Shown: in pieces, positions 28,076 to 37,903 of the stretch
Layout of the letters: each line of letters opens with the position of its first letter
Numbering within the stretch: the stretch's first letter is position 1
Source of the DNA: an uncultured virus (IMG/VR IMGVR_UViG_3300029705_003235)
Taxonomy: Duplodnaviria; Heunggongvirae; Uroviricota; Caudoviricetes
Reading direction: 5' to 3' (one strand)
Virus record (IMG/VR): IMGVR_UViG_3300029705_003235
DNA: 64,000 nt
Notes under the pieces: generated by a model
Told to the model about the DNA's origin: nothing
Seen by the model: only the letters and a program-made list of their open reading frames with translations
Database searches by the model: none
Program-made: the position numbers and the translations under genes

Positions 28076-28449
28076 TTTTTTATCTCATTTACCACCTTAA
28101 CGCCATCGACATATCCGGCAAGTTTAAGGCACTCAACGGCAATTTGCGGAATTTCACCCGCATCGAAAATCTTGTCAACAATCTCCATGGGGTCAACACA
28201 GCCGAACTCGGTCTGTAATTCCTTTGATTTGAGACAAGGCTCGGTTACACAGGAGTAAACCATGTACGCATCGCCATTGTCCATTTCCTGTGCATCACGG
28301 GCAAGTGCTGCAGTAGGACTTTCAATGGTGATTGTTCCTCCGAGAGATTTGATGAACAGAGTTGCTGTTTTCGGCTGTTTCTTGCTTTCAAGCATCTGTT
28401 CTTTTCTGCGGATAAGTTCCTGCAGTGTGATTTTTGTATTCTTATTCAT
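28069..28449 (-). CDS. Tail assembly chaperone (XkdN-like)
   Basis: Between tube and tape measure; VTEPCLKSKELQ...IFDAGEI...LAGY. Confidence 0.85.
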   Translation of the reverse strand: MNKNTKITLQELIRRKEQMLESKKQPKTATLFIKSLGGTITIESPTAALARDAQEMDNGDAYMVYSCVTEPCLKSKELQTEFGCVDPMEIVDKIFDAGEIPQIAVECLKLAGYVDGVKVVNEIKNS

Positions 28450-28455
28450 ATCTTT

Positions 28456-28896
28456 TTACCTCACTTCCACTAAATCCGGGAAATAGTAATCGGTGAAACC
28501 ACCGCTGTATTCCTCGTCAATCATTTTTGCGTTTTCAAACTTCTGCAATGTCAGCTCATTGAACCAAGCATTTTCGATTACAAGTCGTTCACTGCCGTAA
28601 GCATCAGGGTCATCAATTTTTGAGATGATCTGAATACGGACATCCTGACCTTGCTTTATTTTTTCGGAAAGGAGCTGTGCTCCACGGGAGAACACCTTCT
28701 TAACCTTCATGCTCCATTCACCCGTGAGACCAGTCATTTTGGAGTCTTTTGCCATCTGCATAACAAAGTCTACATCCTCACGTTCAATCTTTACTTTTGC
28801 TTCGTATGAATCGGTTTCATAGACAGGCTCACCATCAATGTAAACCATGCCCCATTTACCATTCATAACTCTTGGTGCTGTAGGTTTAACTGCCAT
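28456..28896 (-). CDS. Tail tube protein (XkdM-like)
   Basis: NGKWG.VYIDG...KIDDPDAYGSER. Confidence 0.9.
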   Translation of the reverse strand: MAVKPTAPRVMNGKWGMVYIDGEPVYETDSYEAKVKIEREDVDFVMQMAKDSKMTGLTGEWSMKVKKVFSRGAQLLSEKIKQGQDVRIQIISKIDDPDAYGSERLVIENAWFNELTLQKFENAKMIDEEYSGGFTDYYFPDLVEVR

Positions 28897-28910
28897 ACTC
28901 GGTTACCTCC

Positions 28911-29966
28911 TTACTCAATATAGATTCTAAAGTTCAAATCTTCGATGGCATCTTGGATTTGAATGTTTGCTTTTACAAACACATTTGTTCCTGTATTTGC
29001 GGTCTTGATTCTTTCATCCTCCCAAGCAGAAACATCCTTTGTTTGACTAAGCCACTCACGGGTAGCATCGAGGTCAATTTCAGCCTTGTTATCAAACTGG
29101 TCATAAAGAACTCCACGACCTGCGAGGTCTTTGAAATACTTATTGACCGCAGCAATGAACACGATTTTGTTGTCGTATGAGTTTTCAACCTTACCAACAA
29201 ACTCATCTTCAAAAGTGTTTCTGATATCATCACGAATCATGTCGACAGCTTCCACGATTTTGATTTTTGCGAAGTCTTCACCTTTATTTTCGTTGAAATC
29301 AACAAGTGAGTTTACGCCTCTTGCAATCTTAATCTTTGTGCCATCGTTGATAAGGATGAGCTTGCCGCTGTCTACATCGGTATCGGGAGTTTCGCTCTCC
29401 GTGATGCTTTCAACCTCTGAAAGAGTGTAGTATGTGGCACTTCTGTTAAGAGGAAGTCCGGCAAGGATACCTGCGATTCTTGCACAAAACTCTGCTGTGG
29501 TATATGTCTTCGCTCCGACCTTGATATTATCAGTGGCAAAGTTTATGATACCTTCAAAATTTGCAGAACAGTTCGGCAGAACTGCTTTGAATGTTTTATG
29601 GTGCAAATTACGCATCTGTGTAGTGAAACCAACAACAGTTGTAATTTCTTCAGATGTAATCTGCGGCACAGTTAAATAATACCACTGCTTATTCTTAAGC
29701 CTCTCAAGTGCGGTTCCGATGTCTCCGTCAGTGCGGATTCGCTCAACAATCACTTTTGAAGGGCTGCCCATAAATATGAGCTGTAAAAAAGCGAGATTGG
29801 AAGCTGTAAAATGGCTCTTCACAATTTCGCTTTCTCTGTTGTATATGTGCGTCTCTGTTGTGTTGCTGTTATCTTTCAGAATGACAGCAACAATACCTCG
29901 CTCACTTCTTGTGATGATTGTTTCTGCGAGGGTTTTGAATTCAATTAAAATTTTAGGAAGTCCCAT
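28911..29966 (-). CDS. Contractile tail sheath protein (XkdK-like)
   Basis: RSERGIVAVIL, RIAGILAG, KIARGVNSL, KIKIVEAVD. Confidence 0.92.
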   Translation of the reverse strand: MGLPKILIEFKTLAETIITRSERGIVAVILKDNSNTTETHIYNRESEIVKSHFTASNLAFLQLIFMGSPSKVIVERIRTDGDIGTALERLKNKQWYYLTVPQITSEEITTVVGFTTQMRNLHHKTFKAVLPNCSANFEGIINFATDNIKVGAKTYTTAEFCARIAGILAGLPLNRSATYYTLSEVESITESETPDTDVDSGKLILINDGTKIKIARGVNSLVDFNENKGEDFAKIKIVEAVDMIRDDIRNTFEDEFVGKVENSYDNKIVFIAAVNKYFKDLAGRGVLYDQFDNKAEIDLDATREWLSQTKDVSAWEDERIKTANTGTNVFVKANIQIQDAIEDLNFRIYIE

Positions 29967-30396
29967 GACTGCCTGTCACCACGCTTTCTTTTAGTGTTTT
30001 CATTTTCGGAATTCTTGTTGCTTTTTGAGTAATTTCTTGTAAGAACTCAAGCTCGAAGTATGCAAGCAGAGTTGATTTGTCGGCATCAAATGAAATCTCA
30101 TTGATAGACAAATATCTGTCTTTGACCTTCAACGGAGAATACAAGAATATTTTCTTGAAATCTTCCGCTGTTTTGATAAGCTCCTCTTTAGTTTCTATTG
30201 ATGGGAAATATGAAATCTCCACACTGTTAGTTATCAGCTCATTGAACTGGTTTTCAATCGTTACACTGACAGGCATAACCTCAATAAAACACGCAGGCTT
30301 TGTAAAGCCTTCTTTTACCTCGGAAGCAACAACCGAGTAATCGTTCTTTTTCAGGAGCTTCGCTACAGCGGTTTGTATGTCTTTAATCTCAATCAT
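29953..30396 (-). CDS. Tail terminator-like protein
   Basis: Synteny; EVKEGFTKPACFI. Confidence 0.75.
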   Translation of the reverse strand: MIEIKDIQTAVAKLLKKNDYSVVASEVKEGFTKPACFIEVMPVSVTIENQFNELITNSVEISYFPSIETKEELIKTAEDFKKIFLYSPLKVKDRYLSINEISFDADKSTLLAYFELEFLQEITQKATRIPKMKTLKESVVTGSHGTS

Positions 30397-30857
30397 AATT
30401 CAACCTCTTTCACAAGGTCGGCAAGGAGCTTCTCTGCCGACTTGTCAAATGTACTTTCAATGTCGCTCATTGCTGAAGCAATCATCTTTTTACCTTCGGT
30501 TCGACCGCCGGATTTAACTCCTCGGACAGCTCGCTGTAAGACATTGAGCTTCCGTCCGTTTTTGTTGCCTTTACCGCCAGTGACAATCTCATGTCCGTCT
30601 TCAACAAGATGGGCATAACGAGAAGCGGACTGCATACGGGCAACTCGTGCTTTACCATAAACTTTAGGCTTTTTAGTACGCCATGTGGATTTGAGTTTTT
30701 TTGTTTCACCCACAGGTGTTTTGCCTTTGGTTCGGTTGGCAGCGATACGAGCCATTGCCATAAGCATTGCATCCGTTTTATTTGGGTATTTCTGTTCTAT
30801 GCGGTTAAAGGCTTTCTGCAAATCATCGAAACCGAAAGTGCCGTCATCATTCGCCAT
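30393..30857 (-). CDS. HK97 gp10-family neck protein
   Basis: TPVGETKKLKSTW...YAHLVEDGH; start MANDD. Confidence 0.85.
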   Translation of the reverse strand: MANDDGTFGFDDLQKAFNRIEQKYPNKTDAMLMAMARIAANRTKGKTPVGETKKLKSTWRTKKPKVYGKARVARMQSASRYAHLVEDGHEIVTGGKGNKNGRKLNVLQRAVRGVKSGGRTEGKKMIASAMSDIESTFDKSAEKLLADLVKEVEL

Positions 30858-31341
30858 CGTATTCCTCGGTATCAAGACTTTGTGCTGTGGTTCTGTCTTT
30901 TTCAGTAGCCACAATTTGAAGCTCCTCATGTCTGCCGTTGAGGTCAAGGATTGATACGATTTCAAATTCCCGGTTGTCATAAAGGATGTGCATATCCTGC
31001 GTTATCCGGGGAAAGAAGCGAGTTGATATTTTGTATGTTGTTTCAGCACGGAGCTTTTGGCTTTCTTCATACTCTCTGCCACTCATCGGAACGACAAGTC
31101 CGGCAACAGAGTAATTCTTAAGAGCCAACTTTTGAGCATACGGCTTACCATCAACATAAGCCAAGAGAGCATTTCCGTCATCATCATATGTCAAATACAC
31201 CTTATCATCATCCACCTGCAAAGGAAGCGGAAGATAAGGTTTGAAGGGTTTGTATTTCGGCACAGTTTCGCCCATAGAATTTGTTTCAATATCTGTGGGA
31301 CGAAGAAATACAATTCTGTGCCTGAGTTTGGAAAAGTTCAT
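30847..31341 (-). CDS. Head closure/head-tail adaptor
   Basis: MNFSKLRHRIVF...SGREY...DMHILYDNREFEIVSI. Confidence 0.85.
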   Translation of the reverse strand: MNFSKLRHRIVFLRPTDIETNSMGETVPKYKPFKPYLPLPLQVDDDKVYLTYDDDGNALLAYVDGKPYAQKLALKNYSVAGLVVPMSGREYEESQKLRAETTYKISTRFFPRITQDMHILYDNREFEIVSILDLNGRHEELQIVATEKDRTTAQSLDTEEYDGE

Positions 31342-31598
31342 CAGAACACCTCATTTCTGTAATCATCCAATAAACGATACACCGCCTTGGGAAGAGGTGT
31401 GCCGTCTCTGTGTTCAAAGTAATGGGAGATTACCAACAGCTGTGCCAATCGTATGCTTTCAACTGGTTCTTTTGGTATCTCCCTACGGAGATAATTTTCG
31501 CACAGCTCTTTTGCAAGAATAAGGAGGACAGAAAGATATCTGTCCTCCGCATCCGTGTCGAGCCTTAAAAACTGCTTTACATTATCAAGATTCAGCAT
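31341..31598 (-). CDS. Head-tail connector (gp6-like)
   Basis: LDNVKQFLRLDTDAED...ISHYFEHR. Confidence 0.88.
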   Translation of the reverse strand: MLNLDNVKQFLRLDTDAEDRYLSVLLILAKELCENYLRREIPKEPVESIRLAQLLVISHYFEHRDGTPLPKAVYRLLDDYRNEVF

Positions 31599-31761
31599 CG
31601 GCTTTTGCACCCGCCTTTGGTTTGGCAGTTGTGGTCTTGATTTCTTCAGCAAGGTTGGCTTCAACAAGGTCTTTTCCGACCGTATTTGTTACATCAACAA
31701 CATCGCCTTTTTTATAAGAAAACTTAAGTCCACTACAGCCTTTAAGAATTCTTATCTTCAT
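31585..31761 (-). CDS. Small head-associated protein, 58 aa (not in ORF track)
   Basis: MKIRILKGCSGLKFSYKKGDVVDV...ADAES; GAGGTG RBS; fills the capsid-connector gap. Confidence 0.75.
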   Translation of the reverse strand: MKIRILKGCSGLKFSYKKGDVVDVTNTVGKDLVEANLAEEIKTTTAKPKAGAKADAES

Positions 31762-31772
31762 CAGGCATCACC

Positions 31773-32975
31773 TCACGCAGATTTCATTTTCAGAACCTTC
31801 ATGGATTCAGGAAGGATGAGCTTGCCGTCAAGTCTCTTTGTTGCAAGGAATCCGACCTGACCGCTGTCAGCGAATCTTTCATTGAGTCTCTTGAAGGTAA
31901 TACCTTCACGGTCACCAATCCAGTAGTAAGAGAAGTCACCGAAAAGAACAGGCTTCTGTCCGGCTTTCAGTTCCGGCATAAAGGGTGAAGTATAAACTCT
32001 CTTACCAAGAATTGTTTCATAATCCCCGGCATGGAGAGCAGGCTGCCACAAGAACTGTCCGTTTTCGTCCTTGAGTTTTCTGATAGCCGCAACTGTAGCA
32101 TCGTTGAGAACCCAGATTGCATTCTTACGATACGGAGCCTTAAGGCTATAGAAAAGGTCTACAATGTCATCCGCTGTAATTGCTGTAGCGGATGCTGCTG
32201 TAATACCGATTTCAGCACCGCCATCATCAGCAAGGACACCGAGAGGCTTCTTGACACCGTTACCAGTAAAGAAGGATTCTTCTTCCTTGTCACCGATTCT
32301 TCTTGTGAATTCGGCAGAGAAATATGACTCAAGGTCGAAAGCAGAGTCATTAAGAAGCTCTTCCGAAACCTTAATGATTGTACCAACCTTGTGTGCATCA
32401 ATCTGCTGCTGACCGAATACGTCATCACCATCGGGGATGATGCCTTCTTCTTCAACCCAAGAAGCGGTACCTTTTTCTGTAACGATAGGGATTTTACGGC
32501 TTCCGTTTTCGGTTGTGATTACGGTTGCGTGTTTACGGACAATGGTCTCATTTTCAAGAGACTGCACAAGAGTTCTTTCAAACTCATCCGGCACAAGGTA
32601 ACCGCCTTCACTGTCGACACCTTCCTGAAGGGCGTTTCTTACTTCATAAGATACACTGCCGTTCTTTGCTCTTGCCTGATTCCAGAACGCATCTTTATAG
32701 GAATCGGAAGCACGCCCGGTTTTGGTGTCGTCTTTTGCCTTTGCAGGCTTTTCGGTAATAGGTGTAGAAACAGGCTTTGAAAGCTCTGCATCCATTGCTT
32801 CGAGTCTTTCCATTCTGCCGATTGCTTCATCGTACTTTTTGATGCTCTTTTCCATATCATCATAGGTTGCTGCATCTTCCGCAGAAAGGATTCCGTCAAC
32901 AGCGTGTGCCTCAATAAAAGCCTTTGCCGCTTCAAACGCCTTTGCTCTTTTGTTACGCATTTCAATAATATTCAT
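31773..32975 (-). CDS. HK97-family major capsid protein
   Basis: EGGYLVPDEF, VSEELLNDS, FGDFSYY. Confidence 0.95.
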   Translation of the reverse strand: MNIIEMRNKRAKAFEAAKAFIEAHAVDGILSAEDAATYDDMEKSIKKYDEAIGRMERLEAMDAELSKPVSTPITEKPAKAKDDTKTGRASDSYKDAFWNQARAKNGSVSYEVRNALQEGVDSEGGYLVPDEFERTLVQSLENETIVRKHATVITTENGSRKIPIVTEKGTASWVEEEGIIPDGDDVFGQQQIDAHKVGTIIKVSEELLNDSAFDLESYFSAEFTRRIGDKEEESFFTGNGVKKPLGVLADDGGAEIGITAASATAITADDIVDLFYSLKAPYRKNAIWVLNDATVAAIRKLKDENGQFLWQPALHAGDYETILGKRVYTSPFMPELKAGQKPVLFGDFSYYWIGDREGITFKRLNERFADSGQVGFLATKRLDGKLILPESMKVLKMKSA

Positions 32976-32995
32976 AGTATAAGTCCTCCTTAAAT

Positions 32996-33877
32996 TTATC
33001 TTTTTAATAGATTGAGTCTTTCCATAAGTTCATCTACGGAACGACCAGTTTTGGGTGTTGCTGTGTTTGTGGGGCTGTAATGCTTTTTGAGTTTAGTCAT
33101 CAAAGCATTGTCAGCTGTCTTGCGAGAAAACATTACTGCATCGGCAGGCTCTTTGGAAGGTGCCGGAGGAGCAGTTTTTTTCTTTTCATCATCGTCCTCA
33201 TCCTCATCGGGTTCTTCCTTCGGAGTTTCTTCCGGGTCAGTTTCCTTTGGCTCATCGGTTTTTGGTTCTTCCTTTTTGGTTTCTTCTGTGCCGAGTTCGA
33301 GTTCTTTTTCCTCGTCCTCATCATCCTGTTCATCATTTCTGAAAAGAATGTCATCTGCAAAACCAAGCTCGACAGCTTTGTAGGCATTCATCCAAGTTTC
33401 AGAATCCATAAGGTGCGATATCTTTGCTCTCGACATTCCTGTCTTGAGGTGATAAGCATTTATAATGGATTCCTTAACCTCATCAAGCATCTCGATTGCT
33501 TTCTGCATATCCCCGGCATTGCCCATTGCAACTGTCATAGGGTTATGAATCATAAGCATTGAGACGGGTGACATTAACACTGTACTGCCTGCCATAGCAA
33601 TTACAGATGCTGCCGATGCTGCAATGCCATCAATTTTAATAGTTACATTGCCGTTGTAATCCTTCAGCATATTGTAAATCTGTGCAGCAGCTACGCAGTC
33701 GCCACCGGGAGAGTTAATCCAAACAGTAACATCACCGTCCCCGGAAAACAGCTCGTCTTTGAAAATCTGCGGTGTGACATCATCGTCAAACCAACTTTCC
33801 TCTGCGATTGTTCCGTTGAGGTGAAGTATCCTCGCTTGGCTCTCCTGATTGTTTGTCCAATTCCAGAACTTCTTCAT
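32996..33877 (-). CDS. ClpP-type prohead protease with acidic tail
   Basis: INSPGGD, IDGIAASAASVIAMAG, MIHNP, ETWM. Confidence 0.92.
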   Translation of the reverse strand: MKKFWNWTNNQESQARILHLNGTIAEESWFDDDVTPQIFKDELFSGDGDVTVWINSPGGDCVAAAQIYNMLKDYNGNVTIKIDGIAASAASVIAMAGSTVLMSPVSMLMIHNPMTVAMGNAGDMQKAIEMLDEVKESIINAYHLKTGMSRAKISHLMDSETWMNAYKAVELGFADDILFRNDEQDDEDEEKELELGTEETKKEEPKTDEPKETDPEETPKEEPDEDEDDDEKKKTAPPAPSKEPADAVMFSRKTADNALMTKLKKHYSPTNTATPKTGRSVDELMERLNLLKR

Positions 33878-35135
33878 TGCTTTCGCTTACCTCCTTATCG
33901 GTGTTTATATTTGCAAAGGCTCCTGCGTTTCCAAGCGGGAGCATATTGCCATTGATTAAGTAAAGGTCACCACCAAGCTCGGCAGGAATGCGGTCGAGGT
34001 TTTCAAGCTCACGGATGTCGTTTGCACTCATCCAACCGTTCTGTCTTGCGATGGAGTAACCATTCATTCTGCTCTGGTAATCACCACGGAGCAGACCTTC
34101 AAGATTGAATTTAATAAAATACTCCTTCTTATCATCCAAAGTGAGCAAGGCTCGTGTCATGGATTGCTCCCATCGGATAACCCACGGGTCAAGGGTGTAT
34201 TTTACAAACTCAAGGGATTGTTGCTCAATATTAGAAAAGCTCGACTTCTCAAGGTCTCCGACCATATGCGGTGGAACTCTGAAAATTCGAGCAATTTCAT
34301 TGATTTGAAACTTTCTTGTTTCCAAGAATTGTGCTTGTTCCGGGGAGATGGAGATAGGTGTATATTTCATTCCTTCTTCCAGAACTGCGACTTTGCCGGA
34401 GTTTGAAGAGCCTCCGAACTGGCTCTGCCATGCATCCCGAACCCTTGTGGGGTCTTTGATTGTGCCGGGGTGTTCAAGTACACCGCTTGGGGCTGCACCA
34501 TTGGCAAAGAACTTGGCCCCGAACTCTTCGCAGGCAATTGCCATACCGATTGCATTCTTTGCCATTGCTATGGGTGAATATCCAACCAGTCCGTCAAATC
34601 CAAGACCGGGAATATGAAGCACATCATATGGATTTAGTTTCACCGATGTGCCTTCCATAGTATGAGCTTCTTCATTTGCCCTCTGGTAGGTATAATAAAG
34701 ATGCCCGTTTTCATCTCGGTCAACAGTCATCTTGTTCGGCATAAGCGGATACAGAGCAATGACTTCACCTTTGCCGTTTCTGATGATTTGTGCGTAAGCA
34801 TTACCCCAAAGTAGGAGATGCGTCATAAGTGTTTCTCTGAACACAAAAGAACTCATTTCCGGGTTCGGCTCATCATGCAACAGCAAATACAGTGGATGGT
34901 CACAGGCTTTTTCTTTGCCACCGCTTTCCGTGTATTTGTAAAGGTGAAGAGGTAGTCCGGCGATTGCTTCAGCGAGAATTCTCACGCAAGAGTATACCGC
35001 TGTCATTTGCATGGCTGACCTTTCGTTTACTGGTTTGCCGGAAGTCGAGCCACCCATAAAGAATGAAAAGTTACTTCCGACTGTTCGGTTTTGAGGCTTA
35101 TCCCTTGAACGGAATAGACCAGATAGAATACCCAT
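33786..35135 (-). CDS. HK97-family portal protein
   Basis: AVYSCVRILAE, LLLWGNAY, IARIFRVPP, SFSNIEQQ. Confidence 0.95.
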   Translation of the reverse strand: MGILSGLFRSRDKPQNRTVGSNFSFFMGGSTSGKPVNERSAMQMTAVYSCVRILAEAIAGLPLHLYKYTESGGKEKACDHPLYLLLHDEPNPEMSSFVFRETLMTHLLLWGNAYAQIIRNGKGEVIALYPLMPNKMTVDRDENGHLYYTYQRANEEAHTMEGTSVKLNPYDVLHIPGLGFDGLVGYSPIAMAKNAIGMAIACEEFGAKFFANGAAPSGVLEHPGTIKDPTRVRDAWQSQFGGSSNSGKVAVLEEGMKYTPISISPEQAQFLETRKFQINEIARIFRVPPHMVGDLEKSSFSNIEQQSLEFVKYTLDPWVIRWEQSMTRALLTLDDKKEYFIKFNLEGLLRGDYQSRMNGYSIARQNGWMSANDIRELENLDRIPAELGGDLYLINGNMLPLGNAGAFANINTDKEVSESNEEVLELDKQSGEPSEDTSPQRNNRRGKLV

Positions 35136-35137
35136 TG

Positions 35138-35911
35138 TTAATCAACCCCTTTCAGTTTTTCTTTTAATGTATTAAAAAAGGCTTTACCTTTAATCGGCAA
35201 GCCTTGACTTGTCAGCTCATCCTCATAAGCAAATCGGACTTCGAGCTGTTCTACGGAGTAGTTTTTCAGAAACTTTCTCCATGTGTGCTTATCCATGTAG
35301 CGAAGTTTCTCCCAAAGCTCTGGGAAATGTCTACGGAGCTTTCGGAGTTCCTCGAAAGATTGTAACGGGCAGCACCAACAAGAAACTCGATTAAAAATGT
35401 CATATAAGCCATCCCAATCGAAACCTCGCTCTTTGCAGTAGGCAAGGCAGTCTGCTTCGGTCATACCCCAATCAATAAGAGGATAGTTGAATTTACGGAT
35501 ACGCTGTGGTTCATCGGCAGCAATGCCAATGTACTGACACAGAGTATATTCTTCCGATAGGTCTTTAAGGTATCGGTCGATTACCCGTGTCTTTAAAACA
35601 GAAGTACACCAACGATTACGGGGACCGCCCCAACTGAATCCTTTTCTGCCTTCAAGTTCAGGATTCTTTCTTTTGGGCATATATTCATAAAAAAGGTATT
35701 CAAATGATTGTGGAGCTTTCAGCCGTGTTATAGGTTTGTTTATGTATTGTTCCAACTTATCAATATGACGGTACATTGCATCAAACTCTAATCCTGTGTC
35801 GCAAAAGAGAATGATATCAACGGGCATTCCTTCTTCAAGCATTCGCAGAAGCATTGCTGTTGAATCCTTACCGCCGGAGAGTGAAACAATATGTTTTATA
35901 GGTTTTTCCAT
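35138..35911 (-). CDS. PAPS reductase-family (PP-loop) protein
   Basis: SLSGGKDS, CDTGLEF, RWCT..LK, RVSCWCCP; GGAGG RBS before MEKPI. Confidence 0.88.
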   Translation of the reverse strand: MEKPIKHIVSLSGGKDSTAMLLRMLEEGMPVDIILFCDTGLEFDAMYRHIDKLEQYINKPITRLKAPQSFEYLFYEYMPKRKNPELEGRKGFSWGGPRNRWCTSVLKTRVIDRYLKDLSEEYTLCQYIGIAADEPQRIRKFNYPLIDWGMTEADCLAYCKERGFDWDGLYDIFNRVSCWCCPLQSFEELRKLRRHFPELWEKLRYMDKHTWRKFLKNYSVEQLEVRFAYEDELTSQGLPIKGKAFFNTLKEKLKGVD

Positions 35912-35921
35912 TTTGTCCTCC

Positions 35922-37532
35922 TTATATAAACAGAATTCCACGCTCGTCATAGACACTTTCTGTTGTGTCATTACCGCAGCGGATGGCACGGTCAAGAGCC
36001 ATAATGGTTGCAACAGCACCATCAATCTTTTCAGTGGATTTTTCCTTGTCCGGCTTTATGTTTCCGGCAGGGTCAGTCCTTACATAAATGTTATCCATCA
36101 TCCAGTGCAGAACCGGGTGTCCGCCATGAGCAATTCGCTCTTCAAGCACGAGCTTCATCAGCTCTTTAGTTGGTGGGGACATATCCTTAAACCCCTGACC
36201 GAAAGGAACAACAGTAAATCCCATACCCTCAAGGTTCTGAACCATTTGAACAGCACCCCAACGGTCAAATGCTATTTCACGGATGTTATATTTTTCACCG
36301 AGCTTTTCGATGAATTTCTCTATAAATCCGTAATGAATAACATTACCCTCGGTTGATTTCAGAACTCCTTGCTTTTCCCAAAGGTCATAAGGAACGTGGT
36401 CCCTCCGAACTCGAAGGTCAAGGTTATCTTCTGGAATCCAAAAGTAAGGAAGAATAATGTATTTGTCGGCTTCATCCATTGGTGGGAACACAAGGACGAA
36501 AGCGGTGATATCGGTTGTGCTTGAAAGGTCAAGTCCACCATAACAAACTCTGCCGTGAAGTTCTTCTTCATCCACAGCAAAGGAACATTTATCCCATTTT
36601 TCCATCGGCATCCACCGAACCACCTGTTTAACCCACTGGTTAAGTCGCAACTGACGGAAAGCATTTTCTTCAGCCGGATTTTGCTTTGCCGATTCACAGG
36701 CAGCACGAACTTTGTCTACGCCAACCGTAATGCCGAGAGAGGGGTTTGCCTTTTTCCATACTTTAGGGTCAGTCCAGTCATCCTCTTCATCAGCACCGTA
36801 TATCACGGGATAGAATGTTGGGTCAATTTTTCTGCCCTCAATGATGTCCTTTGCCTTCTGGTGTGTTTCATAGCAGATGGAATGAGTATCTGTCCCGGCT
36901 GTGGTGATCAGGAAATACAGAGGTTGCATTCGAGCATCACCTGAACCTTTGGTCATAACATCAAACAGCTTTCTGTTCGGCTGCGTGTGAAGCTCGTCAA
37001 ATACAACTCCGTGGATATTGAAGCCGTGCTTCGAGTATGCTTCAGCCGACAGTACTTGGTAGAAGCTGTTGGTTGGAGTGAAGATGATTCTTTTCTGCGA
37101 AGCAAGGATTTTAACTCGCTTTGCAAGAGCCGGACACATCTTTACCATATCGGCAGCAACCTCAAAAACGATTGAAGCCTGCTGTCGGTCAGCAGCACAG
37201 CCATAAACTTCGGCTCGTTCCTCACCATCACCACAGCACAATAAAAGGGCAATCGCAGCCGCAAGCTCCGATTTGCCCATCTTTTTTGGTATTTCAATGT
37301 AGGCGGTGTTGAACTGCCGATAACCATTCGGCTTGAGTGTTCCGAAAAGGTCACGGATTATTTGCTCTTGCCAATCAATCAGCTCGAATGGTTTTCCTGC
37401 CCATGTACCTTTGGTGTGGCACAGGCATTCAATAAAGTTCACAGCATAGTCCGCAGCATCTTTATTATAGGATGAGTCCTTTGCCATAAACTTTGTAGGG
37501 GTATATTTCTTCAGTTTTTTCGTTTCAATCAC
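35922..37532 (-). CDS. terL: Terminase large subunit
   Basis: IPKKMGKSEL Walker A, VVFDELH, GGLDLSSTTD, KIDG. Confidence 0.95.
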   Translation of the reverse strand: MIETKKLKKYTPTKFMAKDSSYNKDAADYAVNFIECLCHTKGTWAGKPFELIDWQEQIIRDLFGTLKPNGYRQFNTAYIEIPKKMGKSELAAAIALLLCCGDGEERAEVYGCAADRQQASIVFEVAADMVKMCPALAKRVKILASQKRIIFTPTNSFYQVLSAEAYSKHGFNIHGVVFDELHTQPNRKLFDVMTKGSGDARMQPLYFLITTAGTDTHSICYETHQKAKDIIEGRKIDPTFYPVIYGADEEDDWTDPKVWKKANPSLGITVGVDKVRAACESAKQNPAEENAFRQLRLNQWVKQVVRWMPMEKWDKCSFAVDEEELHGRVCYGGLDLSSTTDITAFVLVFPPMDEADKYIILPYFWIPEDNLDLRVRRDHVPYDLWEKQGVLKSTEGNVIHYGFIEKFIEKLGEKYNIREIAFDRWGAVQMVQNLEGMGFTVVPFGQGFKDMSPPTKELMKLVLEERIAHGGHPVLHWMMDNIYVRTDPAGNIKPDKEKSTEKIDGAVATIMALDRAIRCGNDTTESVYDERGILFI

Positions 37533-37623
37533 CTCCTTGAAAATGAGTATAAAAATAAGACCCTTTCAGGTCTTGGTGTAACGAGGAACAGAGCCGTCCG
37601 GCTCCGTTCAGTTTAAGACTGTT

Positions 37624-37890
37624 TTATTTTCGGTCGATGGTTTCAAAGCACCACTTGATTGCTTCACCGCTGTTTTTGAATGCCTCGGTTGCTTTTTCAT
37701 TTGAAGCAATTCTGCATTCGATTTCAGCGAACTCTTCATCGGGTTCATCGACATATTCAAAAACCTCGGCTTCGTATGTGCCTTTGTAGGTAAGGGTTGC
37801 AAGGCATACAAAACCCTTGTATCTTACAATTGCATCGTAGCTTGGTGAAGCATTAAGTGCCAGTCTTTCGATTGTTGTAAAGTCAGCCAT
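37624..37890 (-). CDS. Hypothetical protein
   Basis: AAGGAGG RBS; 88 aa. Confidence 0.7.
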   Translation of the reverse strand: MADFTTIERLALNASPSYDAIVRYKGFVCLATLTYKGTYEAEVFEYVDEPDEEFAEIECRIASNEKATEAFKNSGEAIKWCFETIDRK

Positions 37891-37903
37891 TTTTGTTACC
37901 TCC

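Noticed and set aside
18719..30396. Stand-alone tailocin/PBSX-like element
   Set aside because: Capsid, portal, terminase and replication genes are contiguous, so this is a full prophage
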